Shown piece after piece: positions 16,592-30,032 of a stretch of DNA of 64,000 bases. Position numbers and translations under genes: made by a program. Positions within the stretch are counted from its first letter, which is position 1. The number at the start of each line of letters is the position of its first letter. Origin of the DNA: an uncultured Actinomycetes bacterium (lineage in GTDB: Bacteria; Actinomycetota; Thermoleophilia; RBG-16-64-13); the NCBI GenBank assembly GCA_963841735.1, contig CAWJDT010000001.1, positions 32,001 to 96,000 of the forward strand. Direction: 5' to 3'. The notes beneath the pieces were generated by a model. The model was not told the origin of the DNA. It was given only the letters and a program-made list of their open reading frames with translations, and searched no databases.

Positions 16592-18672
16592 TACTCTTCA
16601 CCCTGCGTGTCTTTCGGCCCGGGATAGCGCACCCGGTGCCCCAGCAGCCCCAGCAGACTCGCGTCGAACGACTCGCTGAGGGTGTGAAGATCGCTCTGGG
16701 TGAGGGCCGATTCGTCCAACTGCCCGTCCTGGACCCTCTGCGTGATGACCTCCTGGATGACCCCCTGGATCTTGCGCCGGGTAGGAGTCTCAAGGGCGCG
16801 CACAGCCGCCTCCACGCCGTCGGCGAGCATGACGATGGCCGCCTCTTTCGATCTGGGCCTCTCGCTCTCGTACCGGTAGCTCTCCTCGTAGACCAGCTCC
16901 TTCGAGTTCTCCCGAGCCTTGTGATAGAAGAAGCTGAGCAGGGAGGTGCCGTGGTGCTGCTTGATGATGTCCACCACAGGTTGTGGCAGACCGTAGAGCC
17001 TGCCCAGATCCTCTCCGTCGCGCACGTGCGCAGTGATCGCCAGCTTGGATAGATTGGGACTCAGGTTGTCGTGCGGGTTGCCCACATAGATCTGGTTCTC
17101 GATGAAGTACTCCGGGCGCACTGTCTTACCGATGTCGTGGTAGTAGGCGCCCACTCGCGCCAGTGAGGAGTTCGCCCCGACCGCCTGGGCGGCGGCTTCG
17201 GCCAGGTTGCCCATCATGATGCTGTGATTGTAGGTGCCCGGAGCGACCTGCAAGAGCTTCTTGAGCAGCGGGTGGGCGGGATCTGCAAGTTCGAGCAGCC
17301 GCAGCGGAGTCGTCAGATTGAGGACCCCCTCCAGCAGTAGCAGCAGGAGGATGGTTAGGACGCCCACCAGGAAGCCGTTGCCGAACCCCCAAACAGACGC
17401 GCGTAGAGCCTCCCCCACGGTGGCCTCGGTGAAGATCTCAACGGTGAAGATCGTATACGCCGACGCGACCATCGCCACAAGGGCGGCCCCCAGCAGAGCC
17501 GCGCGCTTGGTGACCTTCGACACCAGGTACAACGACAAAGCCCCCGCCAGCAGAGCCGTGAGCGTGTAGCGCATGTCGAAATCGGTGAGCAACCCGATGT
17601 TGAGCGATGCCAGCACCACCATCAGGAGTGCGCTACGCGCGTTCAGGATGACAGTCACCACCATGCCCATCGCGGCAACAGGGAAGAGGTACGCCGAGAG
17701 CGGGTGGATCATCAACAGCCGGGCGATGACGGTGCCACCCAACAACAGAAACACCAGGGCCAGGAGCATGATATTCCCGTATTCCGGTGTCTTCGTGACC
17801 ATGTTGAAGCGGTAGAGCAGGCGCGAGAACACCGCCACCTCGAGCAGAACGACTAGGAAGACGCCAAGCCATACCTTCCAACCATGTCGCGTGCTGGTGA
17901 GGCCCAGCGCCCCGAGCGCCAGCATTTGCTGAGCAGTCACCGATTCCGCTTCCCGCACAACGATCTCGCCCTTATCGATCGAGAGCAAGATCGGGACCAC
18001 CTGCCGCATGACCTCTTCCCGGCGGGCCTGCGTCTGTCCCTCGTCCACCACCTGGTTGGGCCGCAGGTAGCCCGCCACAACCTCGTATACGGCGTCCGCG
18101 GCGACCTCCGACGTGGCCAGACCGTCGACGATGGAGCGCAGCCGGATCTTCGCGCCGTCGAGTGAGCCCGCGGTGAGACGGTAGGCGAAGAGCGTTGTGA
18201 GAGCTCCCGAGATCTGCCCTTGCACCAGGTCGTACGAACCGGCCTCCGCTGAAAGTAGGAATTGCAGCGTAGCGACCGAGACAGTAGCGGGCGCCACCTC
18301 AGCCAGCTGGGCTAGAGCGCTGTGAACATCCGGTGCGCCCGAAACCGTCTGCCTTAGACGCTCCGCCTCCTGCATGAAGATATCCAGCTCCGCGGACGCG
18401 GCGGGGAGCGCTCCGGAGTCGGGCAGGTAGACCGGCTCCACCAGTTCTGCCACCCGAGCCTTCGCCTCGTTGGTAGCCTCGACATCGACAACGGTGACGG
18501 GCTGGTCGGCCGTGACCGACCGAGGCGCCGGGACACCTTCGGAGAAGCCCCCCAGCGCGGGGACATAGACTGACCAGATGACGGCTGTGAGCCCAACGAC
18601 CAAACAGGACAGCAGCACCAGTTCGACTTTGCGAGGACTGCGGCTGTTCAACCCACTCCCGAAAGTCGGCAA
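16591..18672 (-). CDS. 7TM-HD phosphohydrolase (PgpH-like c-di-AMP phosphodiesterase)
   Basis: Extracellular domain, 7 TM helices, APGTYNHS...YYHDIGK...FIENQ...QHHGT...MLAD. Confidence 0.9.
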   Translation of the reverse strand: MPTFGSGLNSRSPRKVELVLLSCLVVGLTAVIWSVYVPALGGFSEGVPAPRSVTADQPVTVVDVEATNEAKARVAELVEPVYLPDSGALPAASAELDIFMQEAERLRQTVSGAPDVHSALAQLAEVAPATVSVATLQFLLSAEAGSYDLVQGQISGALTTLFAYRLTAGSLDGAKIRLRSIVDGLATSEVAADAVYEVVAGYLRPNQVVDEGQTQARREEVMRQVVPILLSIDKGEIVVREAESVTAQQMLALGALGLTSTRHGWKVWLGVFLVVLLEVAVFSRLLYRFNMVTKTPEYGNIMLLALVFLLLGGTVIARLLMIHPLSAYLFPVAAMGMVVTVILNARSALLMVVLASLNIGLLTDFDMRYTLTALLAGALSLYLVSKVTKRAALLGAALVAMVASAYTIFTVEIFTEATVGEALRASVWGFGNGFLVGVLTILLLLLLEGVLNLTTPLRLLELADPAHPLLKKLLQVAPGTYNHSIMMGNLAEAAAQAVGANSSLARVGAYYHDIGKTVRPEYFIENQIYVGNPHDNLSPNLSKLAITAHVRDGEDLGRLYGLPQPVVDIIKQHHGTSLLSFFYHKARENSKELVYEESYRYESERPRSKEAAIVMLADGVEAAVRALETPTRRKIQGVIQEVITQRVQDGQLDESALTQSDLHTLSESFDASLLGLLGHRVRYPGPKDTQGEE

Positions 18673-18723
18673 GACGGCTACGTAGTTGGAAACTGCCCCG
18701 GTTCATGAGTCATCGACCTGCCG

Positions 18724-19770
18724 TCACTCGCCCGGCACGGCAACGCCACGACCCCGGCGTTGCCGGTCGGCTGCGCCGTGGGGGTTGGAGCGCTTGACCG
18801 GCTGATGCTGCTCCGAGTACAGCTTGTACGCGGAGACGATGTCCTGCACCAGCTTGTGACGCACTACATCCTGGCTGTCGAAATATACAAAGGCGATGTC
18901 GGGGATGCCGACCAGAACCTCGCGCACGTTCACCAGCCCCGAATGCTGACCGCGAGGCAGGTCGATCTGGGTGATATCGCCGGTGACGATCATCTTGGCG
19001 CCGAAGCCCAGCCGAGTGAGAAACATCTTCATCTGCTCGGGACTGGTGTTCTGAGCTTCATCCAGGATTATCAGCGAGTCGTTCAAGGTGCGACCGCGCA
19101 TGTAGGCCAAAGGGGCGACTTCGATCGTGCCCCGCTGCAGGTGGTCGGTGAGACGCTCGGTGTCCATCATGTCGTACAGGGCATCGAAGAGAGGACGCAG
19201 ATAGGGGTCGACCTTCTCCATCAACCCTCCGGGAAGAAAACCGAGCTTCTCGCCCGCCTCCACGGCCGGCCGGGTGAGGATGATACGGGCCACCTCGCCC
19301 GAAAGCAGAGCCGCCGTCGCCATGGCCATAGCCAGGTAGGTCTTGCCGGTCCCGGCGGGCCCGATGCCGAATGTGATGGTGTTGGCCCTGATGGCATCCA
19401 CGTAGGCCTTCTGGTTGACGGTCTTGGGCCGGATGCGCCGGCCCCGGTGCTCCAGGATGACGTCGCTGACGATGCCACTCAGATCCCGAGTCCAGTCGTT
19501 GCCACCGCCGCTCAGGGACGCGGCCAATTCAAGAGTCGAGCGGTCTAGCCCCTGCCCCGACCCCAGAAGGGCCAGAAGCTCGTCCACCAAGGCTTCTCCC
19601 CGTTCCACCTCAACGGCCGGACCCTCCAGCGTCAACTGATTGCCCCGCAGGCTGATGTCGCAACCAAGCAGGCCCTCCAGGGTCCGCAGGTGCGCGTCGT
19701 GCTCCCCCACCAAGAGCGCCGCCACCCGGTTGTCTAGATCGATCCGCTTGGTGCGCTCAGCAGAGCTCAG
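18724..19770 (-). CDS. phoH: PhoH-family ATPase
   Basis: GPAGTGKTYLA, RPAVEAGEKLGFLPG, LDEAQN. Start approximate. Confidence 0.95.
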   Translation of the reverse strand: MSSAERTKRIDLDNRVAALLVGEHDAHLRTLEGLLGCDISLRGNQLTLEGPAVEVERGEALVDELLALLGSGQGLDRSTLELAASLSGGGNDWTRDLSGIVSDVILEHRGRRIRPKTVNQKAYVDAIRANTITFGIGPAGTGKTYLAMAMATAALLSGEVARIILTRPAVEAGEKLGFLPGGLMEKVDPYLRPLFDALYDMMDTERLTDHLQRGTIEVAPLAYMRGRTLNDSLIILDEAQNTSPEQMKMFLTRLGFGAKMIVTGDITQIDLPRGQHSGLVNVREVLVGIPDIAFVYFDSQDVVRHKLVQDIVSAYKLYSEQHQPVKRSNPHGAADRQRRGRGVAVPGE

Positions 19771-20210
19771 GACAAACGCTCCTTGACCAAGCGTGCTGCA
19801 AGCTTGCCGTCCACCCGCACACCGCCCTCAGCCATTACGACCGCCATGACCTTTCCCATCTCCTTGATGGACGATGCTCCGGTCTCGCCCACCACCCGGT
19901 CGATCAGCACCGATAGCTCTGCCTCTTCCATCTGTTTTGGCAGCAGCTCCTGGATGATACCCGCGGCGACTTCCTCGTGCACCACAAGATCCTCGCGACC
20001 TCCGGCCCGGAAGGCCTCGATCGACTCCTCCCGCTTCTTCAGCTCCCGGCGCAACACGGCCATCTCGGCGCTCTGATCCAACTCCTGCCGCGCCTGCTTC
20101 GCCTCTTTCTGCAGTTCGCACACCACCATGCGCAGCGCGACCACCCGCTCCTTGTCCCCGGCCTTCAGCGCCGCTTTGACCGATTCCTGCAATTCAGAGA
20201 GGATGCTCAC
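19767..20210 (-). CDS. GatB/YqeY domain protein
   Basis: KKREESIEAF..GGREDL...LPKQM...MGKVM. Confidence 0.9.
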   Translation of the reverse strand: MSILSELQESVKAALKAGDKERVVALRMVVCELQKEAKQARQELDQSAEMAVLRRELKKREESIEAFRAGGREDLVVHEEVAAGIIQELLPKQMEEAELSVLIDRVVGETGASSIKEMGKVMAVVMAEGGVRVDGKLAARLVKERLS

Positions 20211-20548
20211 CGGAAGTCTCCTAGATCTTGGCCACCGAGTAGGTGGAAATGAAGGTGCATGACCTCCTGGCCGCCATCGGAACCCACGTTGGTCAATGTC
20301 CTATAGCCGCTTTCTTTGATGCCCACTTGCTGGGCGACACGCACGATGAATTGCAGGAGGGCGTGGCCCCGGCATCCGTCCTCGCCTTCCAGATCGTTTA
20401 GCGACGTCACGTGCTCTCTTGGCACCACCAGGATATGCTGGGGAGCTTTGGGGTGCAGGTCGCGAAAGGCGACGAAATCAGCGTCTTCCATGACCACAAC
20501 ACTGGGGATGTCCCCCTTGGCGATCCTACAGAATATGCAGTCGTCCAT
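20207..20548 (-). CDS. HIT-family nucleotide hydrolase
   Basis: DCIFCRI...GQEVMHLHFHLLGG. Confidence 0.95.
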   Translation of the reverse strand: MDDCIFCRIAKGDIPSVVVMEDADFVAFRDLHPKAPQHILVVPREHVTSLNDLEGEDGCRGHALLQFIVRVAQQVGIKESGYRTLTNVGSDGGQEVMHLHFHLLGGQDLGDFR

Positions 20549-20562
20549 GGCGGCTGATTATA

Positions 20563-21405
20563 CTACCAATCCCGCAGCAACAGACGCGCCGCGGCTACCG
20601 CGACCGGCCCCGCGGTCTCCGTTCTCAGTATGCTCCTGCCCAGCCGGACCGCCTCCACTCCGGCGGCGGCGAACTGGTCGAGTTCGGCCGCACTCCAGCC
20701 GCCCTGTGGCCCCACCCAAAGAGCGACTCCTTGGTCTTCCTGGCGCCGCCGCCCCCCTACGGCACCCCCCCGGGGGCCGTCGGGCCCGAGCCACTCCCAC
20801 AGGTCGGCCGAAGCGCTGGGTTCCAGCACAAGTGAAAACATACCTCTACCGGCAAGCGTCCCGAGAGCCTGACCGATGGAATCCGCCATCTCGACTTGCG
20901 GCACCTCCACCTGCTTACTCTGTTTGGCCGCCTCCAGGATGATACGGCGCCGGCGCTCCAGGCGGTCGGGCCGGGACTGCTCCGGCCGGTGAGGTGAGCC
21001 CGCGGTCTGCACCAGGATGAAGAAGCCGGCCCCCACCTCCGTCGCCTTCTCGAGAACATGATCGATCAGGGCGGGACGAGCCATCGCCTGGATCACGCCC
21101 ACCCGGATGCGATAGCCGCCTCCGGCAGAGTCCCCCTCCAGTAGCGACGTCAGTCTGACCTTCACGGGGTCCTGGTCGGAACTCACCGTGGCCGCGTAAA
21201 CGGCGGCCCCCACGGCCATCTCACACCGGTCTCCCAACGTCAGACGCAGCACCCGCAGAGCGTGGTGAGAATCCTTTTCATCCAAAGCCCATTCGGTGCC
21301 GGAAAGATCGGTGCCAGAAAGGTCCGTCCCCGGTCCGCCCGAGACGCCCCCCGGTGACGAGGCCCCCGACGGGCAGACGAAGAAGCGGGGACAGAAACCG
21401 GACAT
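20563..21405 (-). CDS. rsmE: 16S rRNA m3U1498 methyltransferase
   Basis: HALRVLRL, EKATEVG, EAAKQS, VGPQGGW, LGRSILRTETA. Confidence 0.9.
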   Translation of the reverse strand: MSGFCPRFFVCPSGASSPGGVSGGPGTDLSGTDLSGTEWALDEKDSHHALRVLRLTLGDRCEMAVGAAVYAATVSSDQDPVKVRLTSLLEGDSAGGGYRIRVGVIQAMARPALIDHVLEKATEVGAGFFILVQTAGSPHRPEQSRPDRLERRRRIILEAAKQSKQVEVPQVEMADSIGQALGTLAGRGMFSLVLEPSASADLWEWLGPDGPRGGAVGGRRRQEDQGVALWVGPQGGWSAAELDQFAAAGVEAVRLGRSILRTETAGPVAVAAARLLLRDW

Positions 21406-21414
21406 CCGGCAGTC

Positions 21415-22740
21415 CTACCTCGGACCGGAAGCGCCGGCTATAAGATCCAGCACGGCCTCTAGCCCCTCATCCACGTCGGCGGTCTGCGGATCGTCGGGCG
21501 CGACTACATCGGGCGTGATGCCCGTGGCGTTGATGTCGCGGCCATTGGGGGTCAGATATATTTGAGTGGTGACCTTGATGGCTCCGCCGTTACTCAGCGA
21601 CTCCAGAGTCTGCACCAAGCCCTTGCCGAAAGTCGTCTCGCCCACCAGGGTAGCCCGCCGGTGGTCCTGCAACGCTCCCGACACGATCTCAGAGGCGCTG
21701 GCGGAGTATTCGTCCACCAACACGTAGAGAGGCACGTCGACAAAGGCGTCTCCAGTCGCGCTGAGGACCTCCTTGGCGTAGTGCAGACCTTGCGTGCTGA
21801 CGATCACCCCGGTATCGATGAAAATGCTGGCCACGTCGATGGCCGACGTCAGCAGCCCCCCGGGGTTGCTCCGCAGGTCGAGAATGATCGCAGCTACCTT
21901 ATCGATCTGCACGGCGGCCGTCACCTCGGCCCTCAGATCGTCGGCAGAGGCCTGGGCAAACTGGTACAGAGAGATCAACGCCACCTTCTTACCAGCGACA
22001 GTGCGGGTCTCGCTATCGGTGCTGGGGATGGTGATCTCTTTTCGCGTGAGGGTGTAATCCTTGCTCTCTCCGCCGTCGGTCAGGCCGGACAGATCAACGG
22101 TGGGGTCGCCCTCATCCTCGGTGGCCCGCGCGTCCGTAGTGGTCGTGGTACTGCTGCTTGTGGCGGTCGTAGTCGTGGGGGGAGTGACCGCCGGACGCCA
22201 CATCTTGAGAACCACCGTGGTATCGGCTGGGCCTTTTATATCCCCCACCACTTGGTCCAGGGTGCGGCCCTCCGAGGACACTCCGTCCACAGCCAAGACC
22301 ACGTCGCCTTGCTCAATACCCGCCGCCGCGGCCGGAGACTCTTCGAACACGGCGGCCGCGGTGACCAGGTGGTCCTTCATCGCCACCACGATGCCCACCC
22401 CGCTGTACGATCCGGAAGTCTGCTCTTTCCACGAGGTGTACTCCTCAGGGTCCATGTAGACGGTGTAGGGATCGTCCAGCCCGGCCAACATGCCGTCTAT
22501 GGCGCCCACTTGCAGCACCTCAGGATCGATCTCCTTGTAGTACGACTGCTCCAGCTTGTCTATGACCTCCTGCTGAAGTGCGTGGTCGCCTACCGACGAA
22601 CCCACGCCGAAGACGTCGTGCACCGCGCCCCCTATCTGGGGGTCCATGCCCAGGAGAAAACCGGTGAACACCAAGAGGACGGCGATCAGGAGCGACCACG
22701 CCGTCAAGAAGGTCCTCCTACCGCTATGCATGTCCGGCAA
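21415..22740 (-). CDS. ctpA: S41 carboxyl-terminal protease with PDZ domain
   Basis: LDDPYT, DLRSNPGG, SASASEI, GETTFGKG. Confidence 0.9.
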   Translation of the reverse strand: MPDMHSGRRTFLTAWSLLIAVLLVFTGFLLGMDPQIGGAVHDVFGVGSSVGDHALQQEVIDKLEQSYYKEIDPEVLQVGAIDGMLAGLDDPYTVYMDPEEYTSWKEQTSGSYSGVGIVVAMKDHLVTAAAVFEESPAAAAGIEQGDVVLAVDGVSSEGRTLDQVVGDIKGPADTTVVLKMWRPAVTPPTTTTATSSSTTTTTDARATEDEGDPTVDLSGLTDGGESKDYTLTRKEITIPSTDSETRTVAGKKVALISLYQFAQASADDLRAEVTAAVQIDKVAAIILDLRSNPGGLLTSAIDVASIFIDTGVIVSTQGLHYAKEVLSATGDAFVDVPLYVLVDEYSASASEIVSGALQDHRRATLVGETTFGKGLVQTLESLSNGGAIKVTTQIYLTPNGRDINATGITPDVVAPDDPQTADVDEGLEAVLDLIAGASGPR

Positions 22741-22750
22741 CGGTCAGACC

Positions 22751-23647
22751 CTAGATCTTGAGGAAGCGTCGTAGTCCCAGAGCCGAACCGATGGCGCCTA
22801 TGACCACTCCCACACCCAGCAGGACCAGCGTGACCGAGACAGAGGGCACCGCGTCCAGTGGGATGGTCAAGAACAGGATGCTCGCCTTCAGCTTGCCCGC
22901 AAGATAGCCGTTGAGCACCAGAAGAGTGGCCGCCGCCATCAGAGCACCAAAGAACCCAACCGTGACTCCTTCGATCAAGAAAGGCCATCGGATGAACCAG
23001 TTGGTCGCCCCCACCAGCTTCATGATCTCGACCTCCCGCTTGCGCGCAAAGATGGAGAGCCGGATGGTGTTGGAGATGAGCAAGATGGCCACCACTCCCA
23101 AGAGCACAATGAAGATGAGCATGAAGTTACGGGCACCCGACGTGAAGGTGAAGAGCTTGTCGGCGATGTCCTTGCCAAACTTGACTTCATCGATGATCTC
23201 GTTGCCGGGGTCTTCGGCCTCGATCTGCCGTTTCACCTGATCGGCCGCCTGTGGGTCGATGAGGCTGACCTCAAGAGACGCAGGCAGTGGGTTGGAGGAC
23301 AGGTTCTCCCAGATCTCCGGCTTGTCTGGCCACCACTCCTTCATCCGCTCGAGAGCCTCGGCTTTGCTTATGAATTCACAGGACCTGACCTCGGGCCAGC
23401 TGCGGATCTCGGTCTGCAGGGCGGTGATCTGCTCTGTGTCCGGATCGGGCTTGGTCTTGAAGTAGACCGTGATCTCCACCTTCTGCTCCACCTCCACCAG
23501 CAGGGCGTCGGTGGTGAAGACGAAGACCAGCACTCCCCCCAGCACAAGCATGGAGAGAAAGACAGTGACCAGGGCTGCGACGGTCATGAAGTAGTTGCGC
23601 TTGAGAGACCCGAAAGCCTCCTTGAGGAAGAAGCTAATCTTCCCCAT
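22751..23647 (-). CDS. ftsX: Cell division permease FtsX
   Basis: ISNTIRLSIFARKREVEIMKLVGATNWFIRWPF. Confidence 0.95.
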   Translation of the reverse strand: MGKISFFLKEAFGSLKRNYFMTVAALVTVFLSMLVLGGVLVFVFTTDALLVEVEQKVEITVYFKTKPDPDTEQITALQTEIRSWPEVRSCEFISKAEALERMKEWWPDKPEIWENLSSNPLPASLEVSLIDPQAADQVKRQIEAEDPGNEIIDEVKFGKDIADKLFTFTSGARNFMLIFIVLLGVVAILLISNTIRLSIFARKREVEIMKLVGATNWFIRWPFLIEGVTVGFFGALMAAATLLVLNGYLAGKLKASILFLTIPLDAVPSVSVTLVLLGVGVVIGAIGSALGLRRFLKI

Positions 23648-24317
23648 AACCGCCTCGTTTCTGGTCGCGCACTACCCGTCCCCCGTCGAGCGCTATCACG
23701 CGTCGGCGCATACGGTCCACCATTTCTCGGTCGTGCGTGGCCATGACCACGGTCGTCCCGGTCTTGTTGATGCGGTAAAGCAACTGCATGATACCCAGAG
23801 AAGTCTCGGGGTCGAGGTTCCCAGTGGGCTCGTCGGCTATCAGTAGGGGCGGATGGTTCACGAACGCCCGGGCGATGGACACCCTCTGCTGCTCGCCACC
23901 CGACAGCTCGGTCGGAAGGCTGCCCGCCTTGTGACCAAGGCCCACTAGCGAAAGCATCTCGGCCGCCTTCTTCTTGGAGGCGCTGGTGGCATTGCCGGTG
24001 ACAACCAGAGCGTACATGACGTTCTCGAAGGCAGTCTTGTTGGTTAGAAGCTTAAAGTCCTGGAACACACAGCCGATGTTGCGCCGCAAGTAGGGCACCT
24101 TCCACCTCCGCAGGGAGGCCAGATCGCGCCCGCCCACGCTGATACGTCCCCTGTCGGGCTCTATCTCGCGGATAAGCAGGCGGATGAAGGTGGACTTTCC
24201 CGAGCCGGACGGCCCGACAAGAAAGACGAACTCACCCTTCTCGATATGAAGACTGACCCTCTCCAGGCCGACTGTGCTCGGGGGGTAGACCTTGGTTACG
24301 TCTTCGAAAATGATCAC
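23634..24317 (-). CDS. ftsE: Cell division ATPase FtsE
   Basis: [35 protein letters not shown]. Confidence 0.95.
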   Translation of the reverse strand: MIIFEDVTKVYPPSTVGLERVSLHIEKGEFVFLVGPSGSGKSTFIRLLIREIEPDRGRISVGGRDLASLRRWKVPYLRRNIGCVFQDFKLLTNKTAFENVMYALVVTGNATSASKKKAAEMLSLVGLGHKAGSLPTELSGGEQQRVSIARAFVNHPPLLIADEPTGNLDPETSLGIMQLLYRINKTGTTVVMATHDREMVDRMRRRVIALDGGRVVRDQKRGGYGED

Positions 24318-24414
24318 GGGCTACCTACAACCTCCGTCTTAGGACTTCTAGCCAGTATTCTGCGAGGCTCTGGAAAAGCCTGCCATCTTCCGAGGAACAT
24401 CGCGCACCGACCGA

Positions 24415-25585
24415 CTAGGTCGCACGTACGCCCCATTTCCCCGTCGACCTTTGCCAGACATACTCCCTAATGAATTCGTCTATGGCGCCGTCGAGAACAG
24501 CCTCGACATTGCCCTTTTCGTAGTTGGTGCGATGGTCTTTGACCAGGGTGTACGGAGCCAGAACATAAGAGCGGATCTGGCTGCCCCAGGCGATCTCTTT
24601 GTGCTCCCCCTTCTCCCGAGCCATCTCCTGCTCCCGCTTTTCGTGCTCAAGTAGCAGCAGTTTGCCGCGCAACATGCGCATGGCCGTTTCCTTGTTCTGG
24701 AGCTGCGAGCGCTCGTTCTGGCACTGGACGACCGTCTTGCTGGGGATATGCGTGATCCTGACAGCCGAGTCGGTCTTGTTGACGTGTTGGCCTCCAGCTC
24801 CCTGGGAGCGATACGTCTCGATCCGCAGTTCCTTGTCGTCGATCTCCAACTCCACCGCGCCGTCGATCAGCGGGGTGACGTCGACCGACGCAAAAGAGGT
24901 GTGTCGCCGCGCGGCCGAATCGAACGGGGACATGCGCACCAGCCGGTGCACCCCTCGTTCGGTGGAGAGCAGACCGTAGGCGTTCTCGCCGTGCACGGTG
25001 AAGGTGGCACTCTTGATACCGGCCTCGTCGCCCTCGCTGGCCTCGTTCATCTCCACCGAGAATCCTCTCCTCTGGGTCCAACGCAGATACATGCGCAACA
25101 GCATCTCCGCCCAGTCTTGGCTCTCCGTGCCCCCGGCCCCCGGGTGGATGCTGACAATGGCGTCACCTGCGTCAAACTCCCCGGTAAACAGACGCTGCTC
25201 TTCCAGGAGCTCAAGAATGCTGCCCACGTCAGCGCTCAGCCGCCCGACCTCGTCCTCAATCTCCGGCGGCAGCTGTTCGCCGTCGCCCTCCTCCGCGGCC
25301 ATCTCCAACGCCACTTCCAGGTCGCCCATCTGCGCGGCCAGGTGATCGTAGTCCTCCAGGCGGCCTTTGAGGCGACTGTAGCGGGTGCCCACCTCCTGAG
25401 CATGACTCTGGTCGTCCCAGTAGTCAGGGGCGCGCATCGCCTCCTCGAGAGCGGCGATATCGGCTTTCAGTAAGGCGGGGTCAAAGATAGTCCCTTGCCC
25501 ACGAGAACTTATCGCGGAAAACCGCCATGAGATCACGATATTCGGCAAGGGACGGTGCGGTCTGCTTATCTGTCTTCTCAGCCAT
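24415..25585 (-). CDS. prfB: Peptide chain release factor 2 with programmed +1 frameshift
   Basis: SPF and GGQ motifs; a short ORF from ATG 25585 ends ...AGG GAC TAT CTT TGA C. Confidence 0.95.
25480..25495 (-). promoter_or_regulatory. RF2 frameshift cassette (internal SD AGGGA + CTT TGA C)
   Basis: Canonical slippery site with an upstream Shine-Dalgarno-like sequence. Confidence 0.9.
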
Positions 25586-25685
25586 GTGACGGAGGATTAT
25601 ACAGCGGTGCGGGCCAGGGGCCAAGTCACCACAAGACGAGCGCAGACGCGGCGGCCAAGCCGTCCAGGATGGGCGCCGCCGGCGC

Positions 25686-25849
25686 TAGTCGCTCGCCGGG
25701 CAGGGATGACGCGCCGCCAGGCTGCGCCGGGTACGCGTGAGGCAAGAACGCAGGGAGCTCCCGTAGCAGCGCTACGGGAGCGACTGAGGACGAAGTATCA
25801 CGCCGCCCGGTGCAGACTCGGCGGCCAAGCATCCTTGCCCGGCGAGCGA

Positions 25850-25852
<3 letters not shown>
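25686..25852. mobile_element. MITE-like palindromic element, copy A
   Basis: 21-bp terminal inverted repeats with 1 mismatch (25688-25708 / 25830-25850), flanked by TA on both sides; homologous to 40714-40877. Confidence 0.75.
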
Positions 25853-28477
<2,625 letters not shown>

Positions 28478-28556
28478 TGATCGCGCCTACCACGCGGGGG
28501 CAGCCCACGATACCGGCAGCCGGCACCGCGAACCGGCCCGTTTGTTTGCCGGCCTT

Positions 28557-29123
28557 CTAGCGCTCAGCCTCTATGAGGCCGTAGTTGCCGTCGCGACGCC
28601 GATAGACCACCGCGGTCTCATTGGTCTCGGAGCTGGTGAAGACATAGAAATCATGCCCCACCAACTCCAACTGAAGCGCCGCTTCTTCGGGGGTCATGGG
28701 CTTGATCATGAAGTGCTTCGTCTTGACGATGAGAGGAAGGGCAGACTCCTCTTCGACCTCCTCATGGTCTTCGAGAAGCATGAAGCCCTCAGAAGCCAAG
28801 GCCTCTTTCGGTGCTCCCTGATGGTGCGAGGCGATCTTGCCCCGGTACTTCTTCACCTGGCGCTCGAGCTTGGCGAATACCAGGTCGATGGAGGCATGCA
28901 TGTCGGGTGAGGCTTCCTTCGCCCGTATCACCGGACCCTTGGTGAAGATGGTGGCTTCGACCACCTGGTTGTCGGAGATGCTGGGATTCTTCTCGGTCCA
29001 CAATTCGACTTCACAGCGAGAGCCGTCGGCTAGGTACTTGCCCAGCTTCCCCATCTTCTCCTCGGCATAGGCGCTGATCGCATCGGTTAGAACTAGGTTT
29101 CTGCCTTTGACCGTGAGATTCAC
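28557..29123 (-). CDS. hpf: Long-form ribosome hibernation promoting factor
   Basis: VKGRNL..TDAI..YAEEK...KLERQVKKY...KPMTPEEA.LQ.EL.GHDF.VF...VVYRR.DG.YGLIE. Confidence 0.95.
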   Translation of the reverse strand: MNLTVKGRNLVLTDAISAYAEEKMGKLGKYLADGSRCEVELWTEKNPSISDNQVVEATIFTKGPVIRAKEASPDMHASIDLVFAKLERQVKKYRGKIASHHQGAPKEALASEGFMLLEDHEEVEEESALPLIVKTKHFMIKPMTPEEAALQLELVGHDFYVFTSSETNETAVVYRRRDGNYGLIEAER

Positions 29124-29227
29124 GCTTGCACCGCTCCTTGACTAGTCATGCCACCTGGATAGAACAATCGCCGGGCGCACCCGGCGCCGTCGCACTCGGA
29201 CGATAAGAGATACAGATAATACCCCCT

Positions 29228-30025
29228 TCAGTCATGTCTTTCAGTCGCACCGGACACGGCCCGAGAGAAAGTGAACACGTGTACTGGTATCCCGATACCC
29301 GAGACCAGCACTGAAGACACTTCCCGGGCAGTCGCTCCTGTGGTGTAGACGTCGTCGACCAGCACGACGGCCTCGGTTTTCCGAGGTAGCTGCGACACGG
29401 CGACTTCGTCCAACGCGAACACCCCACCGAGGTTCGCCTGCCGGCCGACCTTGCCCAGACCCTTCTGATGCTTGGTCGTCCTGGTCTTGCGCACTAAGGC
29501 CGTCCGCCGCAGTGGCCGCGGGCCCGCGGCCAAGGCCCGGGCCAGCAGTTCCGCTTGGTTGTACCCTCGCTGCCGTTGAAGAGCGCGATGACACGGCACC
29601 CAGGTGACCACCAACCCATCGCGGCAGCCGGCGGAGCCGACGAAATCGGTGAACATGGGCCTAGCCAGATCGGCCATCACCCGACCCAAGACAGGCTGGC
29701 CGCCGAACTTGAACTCAGCCACCAAACGGCGAGCCGTTCCCACATGTCGAAACGCCGCCCGAGCGCGGGAATACGAGAACTCCGCGGCCATGCAGCGGGC
29801 ACAGCGGCCGGCCACCAGTGGAACCGGGCCCGGTTCGCCACAACGGGGACAGCAGTCGGGTCCTATCGCGTCCAGACTGCTCCGGCAGGCCGCGCAGAGA
29901 TGAGATTCGAAGTCTCCGCAGCCGACACATCGGGGCGGAAAGAGCACCGAGAGCACAGGCTCGGCGATGGCGCTGCACCAAGTGCGCGCCGCTTCGACCA
30001 GATCGTGCGCACGGGCGTCGTTCAC
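29228..30025 (-). CDS. comF: ComF-family protein
   Basis: Double zinc ribbon, RGYNQAELLA, VLVDDVYTTGAT. Confidence 0.9.
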   Translation of the reverse strand: MNDARAHDLVEAARTWCSAIAEPVLSVLFPPRCVGCGDFESHLCAACRSSLDAIGPDCCPRCGEPGPVPLVAGRCARCMAAEFSYSRARAAFRHVGTARRLVAEFKFGGQPVLGRVMADLARPMFTDFVGSAGCRDGLVVTWVPCHRALQRQRGYNQAELLARALAAGPRPLRRTALVRKTRTTKHQKGLGKVGRQANLGGVFALDEVAVSQLPRKTEAVVLVDDVYTTGATAREVSSVLVSGIGIPVHVFTFSRAVSGATERHD

Positions 30026-30032
30026 GCCAGTG

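Noticed and set aside
21291-21335. Imperfect 15-bp tandem repeats in rsmE (GTDLS) and a similar pair in the atpI-like gene (KTEAQ/KTEAR, ~45910-45937)
   Set aside because: Small in-frame slippage duplications in flexible termini; no sign of phase variation.
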